From: Eledone cirrhosa
Lineage: Eukaryota
DNA: 64,000 nucleotides
Direction of reading: 5' to 3'
Assembly: GCA_964016885.1 (NCBI GenBank)
Contig: OZ024751.1
Span: 11,532,001-11,596,000, forward strand
The notes under the pieces are model-generated. The model was not told the DNA's origin. It did not search any database and saw only the letters and a program-made list of their open reading frames with translations. Of the stretch, positions 28,681 to 42,200 are shown piece by piece; the first letter of the stretch is position 1; each line of letters begins with the position of its first letter. The translations under genes and the position numbers were made by a program.

Positions 28681-29345
28681 GTGAGCGGTGCTCTGTGAGC
28701 CCAGGACTCATGCAGTGAGTTGACATATTTTTGTAATTTTTATTGTATTGACATTATTCAACTTTGAGTGTATTTCTAGCCTTGGTTTTGTGGCTAAGTA
28801 TTTGGTTCCAATTTATGAACCATTAACTTTGCAGCTATAAACACGGATATATAAGCACGTGAAGAAAGATCAATATTTTGATGTTTTTTTGTTTCCTGGA
28901 GGTATGGACAAATTTGGACCCTCAAACCTTGTGTAGCGGCTTTGTTTCGTGTATGAACATAAAGAGATAATATCATTTTTCTGCTCTCTGCCCAGTTGAG
29001 CACAGTTATCCTTTTCCTTTTCTCTTCTATGGATATTGCTATATACACACACGCACAAACACGTATACACATATATCATATATGCATAAATACATATATA
29101 TTTATAAATATTGTGTGTATATATATATATATATATAGATATATAGATATCTTTCTTTAGATAGATAGATAGATATGTGTGTGTGTGGGTGGGGTGGGGT
29201 GTGGGGGGGGGGTGTAAATACGTAAATATACGTTTATATGTCTGTGTCTGAGCGTCTATAAGCATGAGCAGGTGTATGTGAATATGAGTGAGCTTGCGTG
29301 TTTGTGTAATATCGGAAACACACACACACACACACAGACACACAC

Positions 29346-29412
<67 letters not shown>

Positions 29413-29757
29413 CATACACATACATACGACATAAGTGCGCGTGAAGTAACATATTTTTTACACGTGTTAACAGCAAGCAGAACTGTTTATATTCGTTAAA
29501 AAAATGGTGCTTAATTTCCTGGACACGCGTTTCATTAGAACATAGTATGCATACAAGCAAACATAAACACGTCCACATATACAGTGTACACATACACAGT
29601 GTACACATACACAAATATATGTGAGTAATTACTACCAGGATGCACACACACAATATTTATACATACCTCTCTATACAGTTTTCAAAGTCTTAACGCTATT
29701 TGTTTAATATATTAGACATACACGTACACACCAACACACACCTATTTATATATATAC

Positions 29758-29862
<105 letters not shown>

Positions 29863-29934
29863 CATATATATATATATACGTATATATTAAGAGATTATAT
29901 TTATAAATATATATGTGCATACTGATATACATCT

Positions 29935-29991
<57 letters not shown>

Positions 29992-30085
29992 CATATTTGC
30001 AGACATATAGACATCTATGTAAGCGTGGTCTATTATAAAAACATGGATTCCAGTCTTATATATATATCTAGCTATCTATCTATAT

Positions 30086-30152
<67 letters not shown>

Positions 30153-30585
30153 GGCATAAAAACAGCATCATTGCGCCTCAAGTTAACTAAGGACTAGTAA
30201 ATGAGGCAGAATATGAACCCTTAATTGCTGGAGCACGAGGAAAGTGTGTAGCATATGGTTTTCTGTTATTGGAATAACGCATTCCCTACCGTATGTTATT
30301 TGCTCATATTAGGGTCTATCGTTAATAGCAGGCGAGAATTTAAAGCAGTGCGGTACTACTTGCTTTACTGAAAAAATTCCGGATGCTACAGGCTAAATGT
30401 TGCATTACGAAACAGTGTTTATTCGCACAGAAAATACAGAAGTTAATAGAATAAATATATATGAGATTTTATATTGATTTAAGAGGAAGGTCTTGGTGTC
30501 GCAAAAACAGAATGAAAGAGGTTTGGTGCTTTGTACATACATGTACAAAGCAGCAAACATGTATGTACACGCACACACGCATATA

Positions 30586-30642
<57 letters not shown>

Positions 30643-31072
30643 AGCGAGCCGGTGTACACACAGATACAATTATATGTATATATATATATATATGCATACA
30701 TATACAAATATATGTGTATGAATATATGTTATATATATATATTATATATATATGTATGTATATATACATACGCATACATACATGCATACATACACATATT
30801 TAAAATCGAATGGATGAGAGATTGAAGGTAAGGTTAATGCTATGTTGCCAGAAAGATTCGTTTGAGATTTGGTTATATTAAAGCTTGGATGAATTGTAAT
30901 TCGTTTAAATTGTGTTCGTGTCTACCAGATGGAAGAGACTTCCCTAAAGCGTTCATTTCGTACCTGAACAAAAAAGCATTAAATATATATATATATATGT
31001 GTGTGTGTGTACATGTACATATATATATATATGTACACATACACACGCATATATATATATATATATATATAT

Positions 31073-31132
<60 letters not shown>

Positions 31133-31229
31133 CAACTCGTGTAAAGTTATAGTGAGAATGGAAGAATTTATGAGCTGGCTGGATTTTGCGCAGCAGATGT
31201 TGGTAATTTAATGACAAGGGAGACAACTG

Positions 31230-31286
<57 letters not shown>

Positions 31287-32329
31287 AACATTAATTATAT
31301 GAACTTATCTATTTTAGCGTTGATATAATTAACAATAACTCTTTTCTTGAGAAGATTACATGTGTTTTCTCGTTCAGGAATAACATGTTTAAACGTTGAA
31401 GTAAGTAAACGATCTTAACAAGAAGTCTATATTTCGTTATTTGACTTGGCACTCATAGCAGCCAGGTCTTTCTGAAACCATTCATTTACCTGTATAAAAT
31501 GGAAAAGTTCTTTGGCATTTTATTTAAACACATTTGAAAACTGAATCTAATAACGTAGATATGTTAACAGATGCTGTGTTTTGAATGAATGTGGGCTTCA
31601 CGTAAACTGCTTCAACTCAACATTTTTACGATGAAAAATACTCAAAACCGTTATACAGAAGAGAGTTCGTATTCCACAGGTGATACCGTCCAGTAATCCT
31701 TCTCAATGGGCTTAATAACTAATGTGGTCGATCATTTTGTATAATAAAATATCCTGCACTAAAGAAGCTTTCGATAAAACTAATATACATTTAAAATAAA
31801 AAATGTACTCAATTCTTACTAAATATGATTGATTCAATGTCATTAAATGTTTTATATGGCTTTCAAACCGATTGGGTATCTTTGATATTTTCGAAATTCG
31901 TACAATATTTTTCAAGACGATTGTTAATAACTTACACGCTCATCATGTGCATAAATGATCAAGCATTTCAATTTTTTTTTAACATTTATCAGACAAAATA
32001 TTTAAAGATAATATATATCAAATGATGTTCATTCTTCCCGACAAAAGACTTTATTGGAATAATATAATTGAAACAATCTATATTCTTTGAATATTTAGAT
32101 AATTCATATTATATGTAAGTCTTGGTCTCATCAACAAAATATTCTAATATATGTGTACATAAGTATATATACCTATAACTATCCATATCTATCTATCTAT
32201 GTATCTACCTCTCTCTCTCTCCCTTTCCATCTCTCTCTCTATCTACTCATCTCTCAATCTATCTCTCTCTCTCTCTCTATATATATATATTTTTTTTTTA
32301 TTACATAATAAACAACACAATATAATTAT

Positions 32330-32397
32330 TCCATTACCAAAGGTTTCAAGAAACTAGACGTTCCTTACAGAAACGTCCAGCCCGTTCATCAGATGAA
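32330..32397 (-). ncRNA. Type I hammerhead ribozyme motif with long stem II
   Basis: TTCAT CTGATGA AC GGGCTGGACGTT tctgtaagg AACGTCTAGTTT CTT GAAA CC ttt GG TA^ATGGA; intact core, GUA cleavage triplet. Confidence 0.75.
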
Positions 32398-32489
32398 TTA
32401 GTTAAGTTTTTACTATTCTGTACTATACATAGAACATTATTCATTCCTTTAGCTTTTCTACGGAAATACCTAACACACACACACACATA

Positions 32490-32528
<39 letters not shown>

Positions 32529-32698
32529 TAAATGTGTTAGATCCTTGGTGCAGTAAGGTATATTTGAAAAAGCGAAAAAATGCCTCCATCTGTAGAATGG
32601 TATTCTCAAGCAATTTTAATTTTATAATTTGACAATCTTGCTATTTTGTGTGTCTTGTTTGTTCTGCGTTACATGTTGTTGTAGAGAAACGTGCTAAG

Positions 32699-32733
<35 letters not shown>

Positions 32734-32804
32734 ATAGTGGTAGCTATGGTGCTTCCGTAGGCGGTATGCCAAAATTAGCACTCGATATTCATCAGAGTAG
32801 AGTG

Positions 32805-33166
32805 TATATATTATCAAGAAAACGAAAAATCAGTGATGCATCTGCACTTAGTTTATTTCGTGTTACAAATGTTTCGCCGGCATGTAGCTCGAGACATGGT
32901 CCCTGTATGGATCTGGCCGATTCTACTTCTGCGGGTTCTTTCAGACACGTCTGTTATGTCCGGAGCAAATTTTATCACATTGATTTTATCACAGTGACAA
33001 CATTTGCTCCGAACATAACGGACGTGTTTGAAAGAACCCGCAGAATTAGAATCACCCATATCCATACAAGGACCATGACTCGAGCTACATGACGGCGAAA
33101 CAATTGTAACACGAAATAAACTAAATCCAGATGCATCACTGATTTTTCGTTTTCTTGATAATATAT
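32805..33166. mobile_element. Diverged ~360-bp palindrome with an HHR-like motif in each arm (32859-32949 minus, 33023-33113 plus)
   Basis: CGTGT (C/T)TGAAAGA ... GGC GAAA CA(A/T)TTG TA^ACACG then aataaa; core has one extra nt; multiple arm mismatches. Confidence 0.75.
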
Positions 33167-33503
33167 ATATATATATAACACTATGTGTGTGTGATTGTGT
33201 GTGTTCGTACGCCTGTGTAATTATGCAAGAGCATTTAATTCCATTACATTTTCTCAACATTTTGTCGCTTTAGAAGCACGTGTCCGCTGCACCTTCATTA
33301 AACCAAGAGTTGGTGATGTTAATACTAGTCATTAGACAATTGTTTCATAAATATAACATACAAAATATGGCTACTACCATCTCGAAACATTTCATCATCA
33401 CGCACAAGCGCACACATACACATTCACACTCAGACAAAAGGACACCCATACACACACACTCATTTATATTTATATATATATACATATATGAGTGTATATA
33501 TAA

Positions 33504-33568
<65 letters not shown>

Positions 33569-33768
33569 CAGATATATATATATATATGAATATATATATA
33601 TAGTAATAATAAATTTGAACACTAAAATACAAAGATATATATATATATATACATATATACATATATATACATATATATGTATATATATATGTATATATAT
33701 ATATATACATATATATATACATATATATATACATGTATATATATATATATATACATACATATATATAT

Positions 33769-33838
<70 letters not shown>

Positions 33839-34189
33839 GAATATATATATACATTTATATATATATATGAGTATATATATATATATTCCTCTAATTAAAT
33901 ATGAATATTTGTGTACGGTTATGTTTGGGTATAGCTGTCTCTGTGCGCGTATCGTCACCTACGCAAAGGTTTTTTTATAATATATATAACTAAGCATGTC
34001 ACAGTTGTTTTCTATCCATTACCCGCCCGAGGCTTACGTATATACAGGATGATGCATACATATGTTTAAACGTACGAATGCATTGGACTAGAAAGTAAAT
34101 ATGTACAAATGTCCTTAATTCATATATACTCTTCAGACAGATAGACTCATGTACATACAAATTAATACATATATATAATACCATGTATG

Positions 34190-34245
<56 letters not shown>

Positions 34246-34271
34246 GTATGTATACATACAGGCACAGGCAC

Positions 34272-34309
<38 letters not shown>

Positions 34310-34439
34310 ACATTCATATTTATATATTTAAATATGTATATATATGTATACATACATATTTATATATTTATATATATATATATATATATATATGCATACA
34401 GACAGACACATGCACAGATATATATGATACACACACACT

Positions 34440-34504
<65 letters not shown>

Positions 34505-34971
34505 AAATATATATAATTATATACATATGTTAGTGTGTGTGTGTGTGTATGTATGTTTCAGTGTATATTTTGTTTGTATGCGTGTATACAAATGTAATTA
34601 TAGACATACAAAAACACGGGAATAGGGCAGGGTAGATTATCGTCACATCTTGACGGTTTTCAGAGGGGTTTTTAAGTAAACTATTCAAGTTAATGTATCT
34701 GCTGAGAAGATGTTAAATGTATTGATGTAGAAGGAATGACAACCTCCACTATTTCATAGTTGCCACTCAACCGGATGAACTTTTTTATATGTTTCCCCCC
34801 TATATTTTCTCGTATTGTGGTTTAAACGAGGATAATCTTGTTTTCACTATGTATCGAACAAATCCCTCCTTTTGTAGTTGTTTATGGACATAAATACAAA
34901 CACACACACGCACACACGCACACAGACACACACACACACTCACACACACACACACACACACACACACGCGC

Positions 34972-35003
<32 letters not shown>

Positions 35004-35094
35004 TCTCTCTCTCTCTTTATCTCTCTCTCTCACTCACACACATACATATATATATATATATTTATTAAAATAATAGATTAAAGTTTAAGGAAAG

Positions 35095-35130
35095 AATCGC
35101 TGCTTTCACCCTTAACGGGATCTTCAAATT
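35095..35130 (-). ncRNA. Decayed minimal hammerhead motif
   Basis: AAT TTGAAGA T CCC gttaa GGG T GAAA GCAG CG ATT; C3 and the cleavage site are mutated. Confidence 0.45.
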
Positions 35131-35154
35131 TATTATTATTCTATATATATATAA

Positions 35155-35348
35155 GGGCGGTGAATTGGCAGTATCGGTAGAGGGTTGGACGCCATGTATT
35201 CTAGCATAGTTACGTCCCTTTACAGTCTGAGTTCAAATCCCGCCGAGGTTAACTTTGCCTTTCATCCTTACGGGGTCGATAAAATAAAGTACCAGTAATG
35301 TAACTGGGTAATTGCTGGCCTTGTGCCTAAAGTAGAAACAATTATTAT
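35155..35348 (+). mobile_element. Main tRNA-derived SINE, full length
   Basis: gggcggtgaattggcagtatcggtag ... gagttcaaatccc ... agtagaaacaattattat. Confidence 0.93.
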
Positions 35349-35597
35349 ATATATATATATATATATACATACACACACACGTACGCACTCTCACTCACAT
35401 ATACGTATGTACGTTTGTATGTATGTATATGTATGAAGGTATGTATATATGTATGTATATATATATGTATGTGTGTATGTATGTGCAGATCTACAGCTGA
35501 TCTACAATGTCATCTACGAAGATATGGACCCAGATGTGATGGCAATAAAGAATCAATAAGAGATGGCAATTGTCTGTGAAGACCCTCCAATCCTCAC

Positions 35598-35681
<84 letters not shown>

Positions 35682-35856
35682 ATAATAATCAAACACCCTT
35701 TAAAACATTTGATGTTTTAAAGACTCTTTGGTTATTATTTATAATGTATATCAGCTCTGTAATATACTTGTTATTTTACTTTGAACTATTCTCATACTTG
35801 TAATTGGATAATATTTAATATTACCCACATTATATATATATATATATATTTATATA

Positions 35857-35975
<119 letters not shown>

Positions 35976-36274
35976 GTATGTATGTGTGTACGTATATATG
36001 TATATATATATATATAATGAATAAATAGGCAAGGTTTAATACATTATTTAATTGATTTAAACATATTTCATTCCAATACAGAAGAGGGTAGGATCCAATT
36101 TAACTTTGTTTTATATGTGATCTGTAATATTTGTAAATCTACTATAACTGGAAATTTACAAAAAATAGATTTAACTCTGAACTCTCATTTGGCAATCTTA
36201 CTGTGGATAATAAAATCACATTAGGGCTTTGAATATCTGTCTGCCTTATACATCTTTTTTCAATACATTTGATC

Positions 36275-36307
<33 letters not shown>

Positions 36308-36311
<4 letters not shown>

Positions 36312-36826
36312 AAAGTTCTATTTATATTGTTGGGATACAACAACAAATATTTTTATAATTGATATAAAGCACTCAACAAATATTTGGAGTAAAAATACGG
36401 TATTAACAAATGGAAACTAACTTTATAAAACCATATTTATTTCATTATACATATTTCAAGGACACCAAGTTAAATTATGGTGTGCTTTCATCAGATAAAA
36501 TTTAATATAGAGCAGTTTTATAAATAAATATTGACATACCCTTAAAGAATGCAACCATTACTGTTCCAAAAGTAATGGTTGCATTCTTTAAGGGTATGTC
36601 AATATTTATTTATAAAACTGCTCTATATTATATTTTATCTGATGAAAGCACACCATAATTTAACTTGGTGTCCTTGAAATATGTATAATGAAATAAATAT
36701 GGTTTTATAAAGTTAGTTTCCATTTGTTAATACCGTATTTTTACTCCAAATATTTGTTGAGTTCTTTATATCAATTATAAAAATATTTTCTTGTTGTATC
36801 CCAACAATTTAAATAGAACTTTTACA
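36308..36826. mobile_element. ~520-bp near-perfect palindrome in (TA)n with an HHR motif in each arm (36443-36499 minus, 36634-36690 plus)
   Basis: ~255-bp arms, 8-nt loop 36563-36570; CTGATGA AAG c ACACCA ... TGGTGT c CTT GAAA TATG TA TAATG aaataaa; stem I weak. Confidence 0.85.
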
Positions 36827-37216
36827 TATATATATATAGATAGATAGATAGGAAGACACAAAGCAGTTTACGTTTAGAAACGGCTAGCGAATTTGAAAAT
36901 TAGTTAGTAGGATGAGTATTGACTACATGGGACACGAACACACATCTTTGGTTTGCCGGAACATTGTGTTACCATTACACCAACACGTCTCCCATGATAC
37001 CTTCCATTCAATTAGAAGCTATATAACCATAGCAGATATGTATAAATGTCTATGTATGTATGCATGGCGAGACCCGTAACTTAAGTTGATGTCGTGTGGA
37101 TGTCGGATGCAATATTGAGAATAAGTCCGAACAGAGAACAGTCATGAATGTCGTCTGCAGACTTTTCACAATTGCAGCAATTCGTCCTACATACCCTTTT
37201 TGATTACGATAAAAAT

Positions 37217-37617
37217 ATAATTGTTTCTACTTTCGGCACAAGACCAGCAATTACCCAGTACACTACTGGTACTTTATTTTATCGATCCCGTAAGGATGAA
37301 AGGCAAAGTTAATCTTGGCGGGATTTGAACTCAGACCGTAAAGGGACGTAACTATGCTAGAAAGCATGGCGTCCAACCCTCTACCGATACTGCCAGTTCA
37401 CCGCCCTTTTTGATTACAATAAAACATATAATTGTTTCTACTTTTGGCACAAGGCCAGCAATTACCCAGTGCATTACTGGTACTTTATTTTATCGACCCC
37501 GTAAGGATGAAAGGCAAAGTCAACCTCGGCGGGATTTGAACTCAGATCGTAAAGGGACGTAACTATGCTGGAAAGCATGGCGTCCGACCCTCTACCGATA
37601 CTGCCAATCCACCGCCC
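37217..37617 (-). mobile_element. Two full-length main SINEs with nested target-site duplications
   Basis: attac(a/g)ataaaa(c)atataat present three times (about 37203, 37413, 37618). Confidence 0.92.
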
Positions 37618-37901
37618 TATTACAATAAAACATATAATATCTGTCGTATATACGTAGCCAATATTTTACGAAGGGATCGGGAAATGGCAACTTCTTTTTC
37701 TGACTTTATGTGTTTTCATCATATTTAATAAGCTGCTCTATAGCATCTCTGCGCATCACCATAGCACTTTTTCTATTAATATCTATCACTTGTAACCAAA
37801 ATGTTATATTCCAAAGTAATTCCTTATATGCAATCTCGAATAACCCAAATCCGGTTTCGGTTCTTCCTTATATCTTTATCACTAAATATCTAAATCCACC
37901 A

Positions 37902-37939
<38 letters not shown>

Positions 37940-37941
37940 AG

Positions 37942-38099
37942 ATGTGTTAAGACATTGTGAGAAACAACGCCTGCCAAGTTACCTATACCCAAGATACGCT
38001 GTATATTATGACGGAGTTCTTAACGCACCATCTAGAGATAGATACCCTTTTTTCTTTATTCAGTTTAAGTCTGGACGCAAAGCTGTAACGAAAATTTAA
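37942..38099 (+). CDS. Candidate terminal coding exon of an unidentified gene
   Basis: (CT)n-tttcag acceptor; (D)VLRHCEKQRLPSYLYPRYAVYYDGVLNAPSRDRYPFFFIQFKSGRKAVTKI*; phase-compatible with 28657-28680; no homology recognised. Confidence 0.25.
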
Positions 38100-38645
38100 A
38101 TCGTACTTTCACGTAAAACAACCGTTCTAAACGAGACGGAAATTTCCAACGTACTTTCACATAGGCCAAAGTCAAATTCTTTGAATTTCTAATTTTTATT
38201 TTTAGTATTTAATTTTAATTCGAATTTTATTTTCCAATGTATTCTCAGTTTGCGATTAATGGTCAGTTCATTATCCTGCCATAAACTGGTTGTAGTGACA
38301 CACACACGCAATCTCAGAATTATGGTTGGCGTCTGCCAGCATCTGCTGTGCACCGAAATTAGCAGAAAACTACAGTTTCTGGGCTGAATTGAACTCTGTG
38401 GCCGTGTTATGTTGCTGGCTGAGGTAGTGGGGGACTGGTGTGTCGGTAGACTCACAGAGGATACAATTGTATTGGATGGTAGGTAAGTGGTCAACTTCCT
38501 GCACGTTTGCGCCTGCGCAAAGCCGCGGACGTGCACAGGAGCACACAAGGGAAAGGACATTCCCCCCCCAAAACATAACTTTTTGTCCGTTTCCGTGCAT
38601 CTTGAATTGCCTCGTAGACGTCACCTTTCTACTTAATGTTACTCT

Positions 38646-38706
38646 CTGATGAGATCACGTAAATCCTTACATAACCAAGAGACCATGGTCGTCATTGAAA
38701 TATGTA
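38646..38706 (+). ncRNA. Decayed hammerhead-like motif (related to 61138-61190)
   Basis: CTGATGA GATCACG ... CGTCATT GAAA TATG TA; shares atc(c)ttac(a/g)taacc loop with the 61.1-kb copy; stem I not paired. Confidence 0.4.
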
Positions 38707-39026
38707 TCATTAATAGAAGATTCTTTAACATCTACATCTTCGTATTTTCATAATTCTCTCTCTCTCTCACGCTCTCTATCTCTCTCTCTCTATATATATA
38801 TATATTGTAACATGAAATTGTCATAGATTAGGGTGTTTTAGTATTTAGATGACAGTTCAATATAATATCTCTTCTTTACCTTTATATATACATCGTCTTA
38901 TAAAACACTGTATGGCTGCGCGAAATAGATTCTTTGGTTCAATATGACATATTATACATAAAACATGAAATATATATAAATTTATATATATAAATATGTG
39001 AAATATATGAAGTGTATAAAATATAT

Positions 39027-39090
<64 letters not shown>

Positions 39091-39280
39091 AATTACATAT
39101 AAATTATATAAAAGCAATATGGGAAATATAGGGAATACACAAATCTTGATTCAAATTCAAATACAACTGCAGCAAATCGATATAAAGTTAATAAAAATAA
39201 AACCCAGGAATATTTAAAAAGTGATATACTAGAATTTCTATATGCAATGAAATAAAAAAAATGTATCATGGTCCCGTGTA

Positions 39281-42200
39281 GATCATTTTGAGAGCGCTGC
39301 TCTTTTCTCTCTCTTTGACTATCTTTCTATCTATCTAACAACAGCAGCCATGAAAAATATTTTGTCACAATAAGCAAATATGTTTTACAAATATTGATAT
39401 TTCCAATGCAAAGATAATGATCAATGAAGGAAAAAAATATATTACCTTCGAGGAAAAGGGGGGATTTAAAATTACCTCTCCGCCAAAAATCAAAGCCGAC
39501 ACAATGCGAAGGACTATGATTTTTTGCACGATTTCGAACAAACAAAAAAAAAACGGCTTTCCTTACTCAAGCCGAAATTGAAATCGTCATACAAAGGGTT
39601 GAACTATATGGAAGCGTTTCGGTGCTCTTCATAAGTGAGGCCCTTGCAAAAAAAAAAATACTCAGTGACCCCGGTCATCTTTGCCACACACACCTTTTTC
39701 CCTACATACATGGGAAAAAAGAACACCAAAAATAAACATTAACTTATGGTGGATTCTGGCAGGGTTCTTAGAGGAGGATGAAGACACAATACTGTCGATT
39801 CAAAAATCCACAAGAAACACCTGGAACGGCACAAGCTTCGACATTTTGGTCCAAATGAAACCGGACAGAATTTCAAAGATACCAGAAAGAGTGCCAGTAG
39901 ACAATACAAACTATATACATTTCGGCAGACGAAGGAAGGCCACATTGTTTTAAATTCGCAAGCACATTGAATTTAAAGCCCCTCTTACGCCCCCCCCCCC
40001 CAATAAAAAGTTCTTTTACCAACACCAACACCAAAACCACAACAACAACACACAAAACAAGCAAACACACAAAAACAAACAACTACTCAACCCCAAACAA
40101 CAGAAAAAACACAAACAATTCCCCTGAAAAACACAGTCTCACCACATCCCACTCATCCAACACTACCACAATCACACACCATCACCACACCATCACCACA
40201 CAACATACCCCTCCCACACGCCCTTGATGACGATACATCGTCAGACTTCTCCATCCCCAAGTGAAGATGAAGGAGAACATCGGAAATAAAAAAGACAAAA
40301 AAAAGAGACACCACAAAACCACAAAAACACCAATCACCAACACATACTCACAACCACCAACACAAACAACACAACCACCACCACAATCAAACCCCCTACC
40401 AGTAAAACAAACACCAACACCACGCCAAACAATAATGCTAACCACAAAAAGAAAACTACAAAATGAACAGCAAACTCCAAAACAACACAACAAAAACACA
40501 AACAACAATACGCATACATCAACACCAACAACAAGAATTTGATGGAGGTCATCTCCCAAAACTCCAAGGTGGGGACCGAGTGTATAACTTTCGTTAAAAC
40601 AGAATCGTCTCCACACCTCAAACTGATAACGGTTTCCATGGGAACGTATAGTGAAGTAAAAAATGAAATTTCGCAGGACGTGGGCAGCCCCTGTCAAAAC
40701 CCCATAAACCGCGTCCTGTTTAAAATGTTTCCTCGCCCCACTCAACACCCCCACTAGCACCCAAATAGAGATTGAACAACCCGATCTCCAGGAAAGGAAA
40801 AGGCAAGTGCATCTTTTCGTCCTTTTCGCCAACTCTTCTCCACCAACATGGCTGATTTACGAGTTGGATGTGTGTATGTGCGTGGCCTAGGGATGCCCTG
40901 GAAACAGGGCCAGCTTTTAAACGACCTTAGGTCACACGGTATGGATGGGATAGCCATCATCGAGTCCAGAATCCACAACAGGCAGCAACTAACCCCCATC
41001 TTCAATGACTTTGAGATCTACGCATCTCTCTGTCAGCCAGGAGGTGGAGGGGGAGTGGCTTTCATGTTTAGGAAAAACCTAGACCTCGAGGTCCAGCAAG
41101 TACATTTGGACCCGGAGCGTAGTCCTAGACGTGAACAGTGTTGGAGGTGGAGCATTCAGACTGGTGGCCGTTTATGCCCCGACTGGGCAATCGTGGCCAG
41201 ACTTCTTTAAACGGCTAGAGTCTTTTCTGGGTCTTTTCTAGGATACCATTCCAGTCCCCCACTAAAAGCTCCTTGCTTTTAGTGGGGGACTGGAATGGTA
41301 TCCTAGACGCACGATAGAACTATGTAGGATCATGTCCCAGTAGAGGGGGGTGCAACAGCCTCAAAAATTTAATCGGCCAATTCCATCTGGCCGATAGGTA
41401 TCGACTATATTTCCCGACTGCACCACAGTGGATGTGGACAAACCTCAGCGGGACATCTAGATCGTATTTAGACAGGTTCTTTATTAGCGAGAGAGACAAT
41501 AAGATGTTAAGCTGTCCATAAATGCCCATGTTTGCCTGCATAGTCAACCGTGATAGAATACATAGACAAGGACCCGGATACTGCAAGCTGAACGTGTCGC
41601 TACCGACACGTAAAGCCTACAGTGAACGGATAAGTAGATTAGTTAAGCAACAGTTGACGGGAACCATCGTCAACAATAGATAGTTACTCTCTCAAGAGAG
41701 CAATTAGAGTAGAGTCGATAGACTTTAGCAGAGAATTATCCTTAGAGAAAAACTAAACAGAAACAGAACTAGTAGTCAAGGTAGAGGAGGCGATTGGGAG
41801 TGGCAACTCAGCTAGACCAGTTCTTCGACGCGAAACACGGAAGCTACGTGGTCAGAAGTAAATCACGTGTTCTAGGAAACGAGGAAGCAAAAGCTGTTAG
41901 CTGGTTCCGAGTGGCAGAGGCAAAAAGTGGCAACAAGTCCACGATTCGGTCTTTGAAAGACCAAAACACACGTGCTACTTGACCCCAAGCGGATGTGCGC
42001 GGCCATTGAGCAGCACTTTGCGAAACTGTTCGAGCAGAGTGGCGGTGTGTCGAAAGGGGCAATGGACTTCGGTTCATAACTCGACGGCCTGCCGCGTCTC
42101 TCGAGCATGGACGCAGAGTTCTGCGAAAGACCGATCACAGCCACTTAGGTACGGGAAACGCAAATCACCCGGTCTAGATGATCTACCCTATGAGTTTTAC

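Noticed and set aside
30364-30422. Hammerhead-like ctgaaaa...gaaacagtgtt (and similar at 62401-62445 and 2412-2488)
   Set aside because: Core nucleotides are mutated and stems too short to distinguish from chance.
31400-32050. Decayed hAT transposase fragment on the minus strand
   Set aside because: Only faint motif resemblance with many stops; needs BLASTX.
35155-35240. tRNA gene at SINE heads
   Set aside because: A and B boxes are present, but no full cloverleaf is evident and the heads run into SINE body and tail.
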